Shown: positions 57,454 to 58,931 of the stretch, piece after piece
Position numbering within the stretch: the stretch's first letter is position 1
How the letters are laid out: each line of letters opens with the position of its first letter
Source of the DNA: a virus
Lineage: Duplodnaviria > Caudoviricetes
Direction: 5' to 3' (one strand)
DNA length: 58,931 bases
IMG/VR virus record: IMGVR_UViG_3300042466_000346
Location: 1-58,931 of that record
Made by a program: the position numbers and the translations under genes
Notes under the pieces: generated by a model
Told to the model about the DNA's origin: nothing
Databases searched by the model: none
What the model saw: the letters and a program-made list of their open reading frames with translations, nothing else

Positions 57454-57791
57454 CCTTCGCAAAATACTCATTCCTAAACCAAGCCGAATGGCTAACATAC
57501 CAAGCCCAAATCAGCACAACGGTTGAAGGTAGCGTAACCTACACGAATTGTGCAGTCCACGAAATAGGGCAAATCTGTTTAGCAACAGACAACGAAGGTA
57601 ACTGCACCGACCTTTCCCCGTTGTATGCCGTGGACATCCTTTGGAATGGTGAGCCGTTGGAATCGTTCAGCACAAAAGAGGTGTTCCCAAATCCCGTGGG
57701 CGTTCATACTTTTAGTGGGTGTGAGTCGCTTTACTTTGCCCGTTTCTGTGAATTTAATCCGTCATCACCCTTTTGCAATATCCCTGAATAA
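57450..57791 (+). CDS. Fibre-associated small protein (possible chaperone)
   Basis: ATGA overlap with the fibre stop codon (start 57450 preferred); YAVDILW...GVHTFSG; same atypical codon usage. Confidence 0.55.
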   Translation: MTFAKYSFLNQAEWLTYQAQISTTVEGSVTYTNCAVHEIGQICLATDNEGNCTDLSPLYAVDILWNGEPLESFSTKEVFPNPVGVHTFSGCESLYFARFCEFNPSSPFCNIPE

Positions 57792-58210
57792 TGAAGACCT
57801 CTTTCCTCTTATACACAGGTACAACTCTCTTAGCTTTTTTAGGAACTTACTTCCTTAATCTAGGAGCAGATAATGCTGAACAGTACTTAGCTGTAGTTGC
57901 TGTTGTGTTTATAGATGGATTCTTTGGGGTATGGGCAGGAACTAAGATGGAAGGCTTTAAGACGCATAAAGCTCTTAGCGTGCTTAAAACTTTAATGGTG
58001 TGGGTATTTATGCTTACAGGTATCTTAATGATTGAGAAGGGCTTTGAAGGCACTTTCTGGCTAAGTGAGACTATCTGTGCTCCTTTTATTCTCTTTCAGC
58101 TTATAAGTGCACTCAAGAACGCAGCTAGGGCTGGCTTGATAAAGAATGAGTTACTGCAGTTAATCTTAGATAAAATCGACCAACATAAAGTAAATGAAAA
58201 ACAAGATTGA
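57791..58210 (+). CDS. Holin
   Basis: 139 aa with 3-4 hydrophobic helices, IDGFFGVWAG, ISALKNA and a charged C-terminus (phage holin 4-like). Confidence 0.75.
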   Translation: MKTSFLLYTGTTLLAFLGTYFLNLGADNAEQYLAVVAVVFIDGFFGVWAGTKMEGFKTHKALSVLKTLMVWVFMLTGILMIEKGFEGTFWLSETICAPFILFQLISALKNAARAGLIKNELLQLILDKIDQHKVNEKQD

Positions 58211-58514
58211 AGTTATTGTTATAGGGCTACTACTAATCACAGTAGCTTTTTTGTTATGGGAAAGACAAAGCTTAAGTAGCGGTAGTGAAGAGAAATTTAT
58301 GTCTTACATGGACTCTATGGAGAAACGCAACGAAAGTTTCCTCAGTAGGGTAGATTCTTTATCTACACTTAAACATGAACAATTTAGTTACTATGAAAAA
58401 ATCAACCTCAAGTATGACACTATTCAGATTGCTCTTGATACTATGCCTGACATTGACGGCACCAAGTATCTACTCACAATCTCTAGACAGCTTACCGCTA
58501 AAGGAGTTGAATAA
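58194..58514 (+). CDS. Spanin-like inner-membrane protein
   Basis: Single N-terminal TM helix plus helical soluble domain, after the holin, overlapping the next gene. Confidence 0.5.
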   Translation: MKNKIEVIVIGLLLITVAFLLWERQSLSSGSEEKFMSYMDSMEKRNESFLSRVDSLSTLKHEQFSYYEKINLKYDTIQIALDTMPDIDGTKYLLTISRQLTAKGVE

Positions 58515-58764
58515 CGAATTCCTTAAGGGAATCAAAGCCAGAGAACGTGTAGTTGTTCTTAAGACTGTTATTCACTTGGACAGTCAGCAAATCAGTCTCT
58601 ACAAGGATTCTATTGTACCTAGTTATCAACAGATGATTGAGGTGTCTAAAAAAGAAGTCTATGACCTTAATAGAACCATTGACCGTAAGGATGCAGAGAT
58701 GAAGCTTTACAAGTATGGTTTTGTAGGTATGTCTATCCTAGCAATCCTTGGATTTATCTTATGA
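58414..58764 (+). CDS. Spanin-like partner with signal peptide and C-terminal TM helix
   Basis: MTLFRLLLILCLTLTAPSIYS|Q signal, coiled coil, C-terminal hydrophobic segment; start 58414 preferred over 58375. Confidence 0.5.
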   Translation: MTLFRLLLILCLTLTAPSIYSQSLDSLPLKELNNEFLKGIKARERVVVLKTVIHLDSQQISLYKDSIVPSYQQMIEVSKKEVYDLNRTIDRKDAEMKLYKYGFVGMSILAILGFIL

Positions 58765-58931
58765 AAAACTTATTATTAACTCTAGTTGTTCTTTTGTCTG
58801 GTCAGTTATTTGCCCAGAGAGATAGCGTTCTAATCAAGACCCCAATATACTCTTGTGTATACTCAGAGGTTCTCCAACAACCTAAACGTGTGTGGTACAC
58901 AGTACAATGCCCTACAGGTTCTTATCCTCGT
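58761..58931 (+). CDS. Secreted protein, probable DNA/RNA non-specific endonuclease (3'-truncated)
   Basis: MKNLLLTLVVLLSGQLFA|QRDSVLIKTPIYSCVYSEVLQQPKRVWYTV; signal peptide plus Y..Y.....P..V.Y pattern of NucA-type nucleases; catalytic motif lies outside the window. Confidence 0.5.
   Translation, partial: MKNLLLTLVVLLSGQLFAQRDSVLIKTPIYSCVYSEVLQQPKRVWYTVQCPTGSYPR

Noticed and set aside
774-58053. Numerous minus-strand and alternative-frame ORFs of 60-175 aa
   Set aside because: All lie inside long + strand genes and have no recognisable motifs; they are shadows of codon bias.
1-58931. Stop-codon reassignment as in some Crassvirales
   Set aside because: Genes up to 14 kb are intact in code 11 and coding density is near complete.
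1-58931. CRISPR array, tRNA, DGR template/variable repeat, integrase
   Set aside because: None seen by eye: intergenic gaps are at most about 130 nt, there is no reverse transcriptase, and the duplicated PG-binding segments differ at many non-adenine positions.

Overview
This window is the virion (late-gene) module of a crAss-like (Crassvirales-type) bacteriophage with a Bacteroidota host. All credible genes are on the + strand in the standard genetic code. Gene order: terminase large subunit (5'-truncated), portal, acidic scaffold-like protein, major capsid protein, conserved capsid/ring proteins, Cys-rich fibre-associated proteins, IHF-like protein, tail tube/ring, 2081-aa tail stabilisation (muzzle) protein, ferritin-like protein, a cluster of modular putative cargo proteins, a GIY-YIG endonuclease, a 4703-aa virion RNA polymerase polyprotein (DYDID), a 2810-aa polyvalent protein, a foreign-looking fibre cassette, holin/spanin-like genes and a 3'-truncated secreted nuclease-like gene. 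Five Bacteroidota sigma-A promoters (TTG-N19-TAnnTTTG) punctuate it. The most unusual signals are: (i) cargo proteins built from modules separated by a recurring hydrophobic-x-x-G-G motif, including a signal-less outer-membrane beta-barrel-like module, an L,D-transpeptidase-family domain behind an A12 tract, duplicated peptidoglycan-binding domains and a copy of the capsid protein N-terminal peptide; (ii) a two-hairpin intergenic element whose loop is antisense to the AACC-repeat translation leaders of the two genes flanking the capsid gene. Protein calls come from motif recognition and synteny, not database searches.
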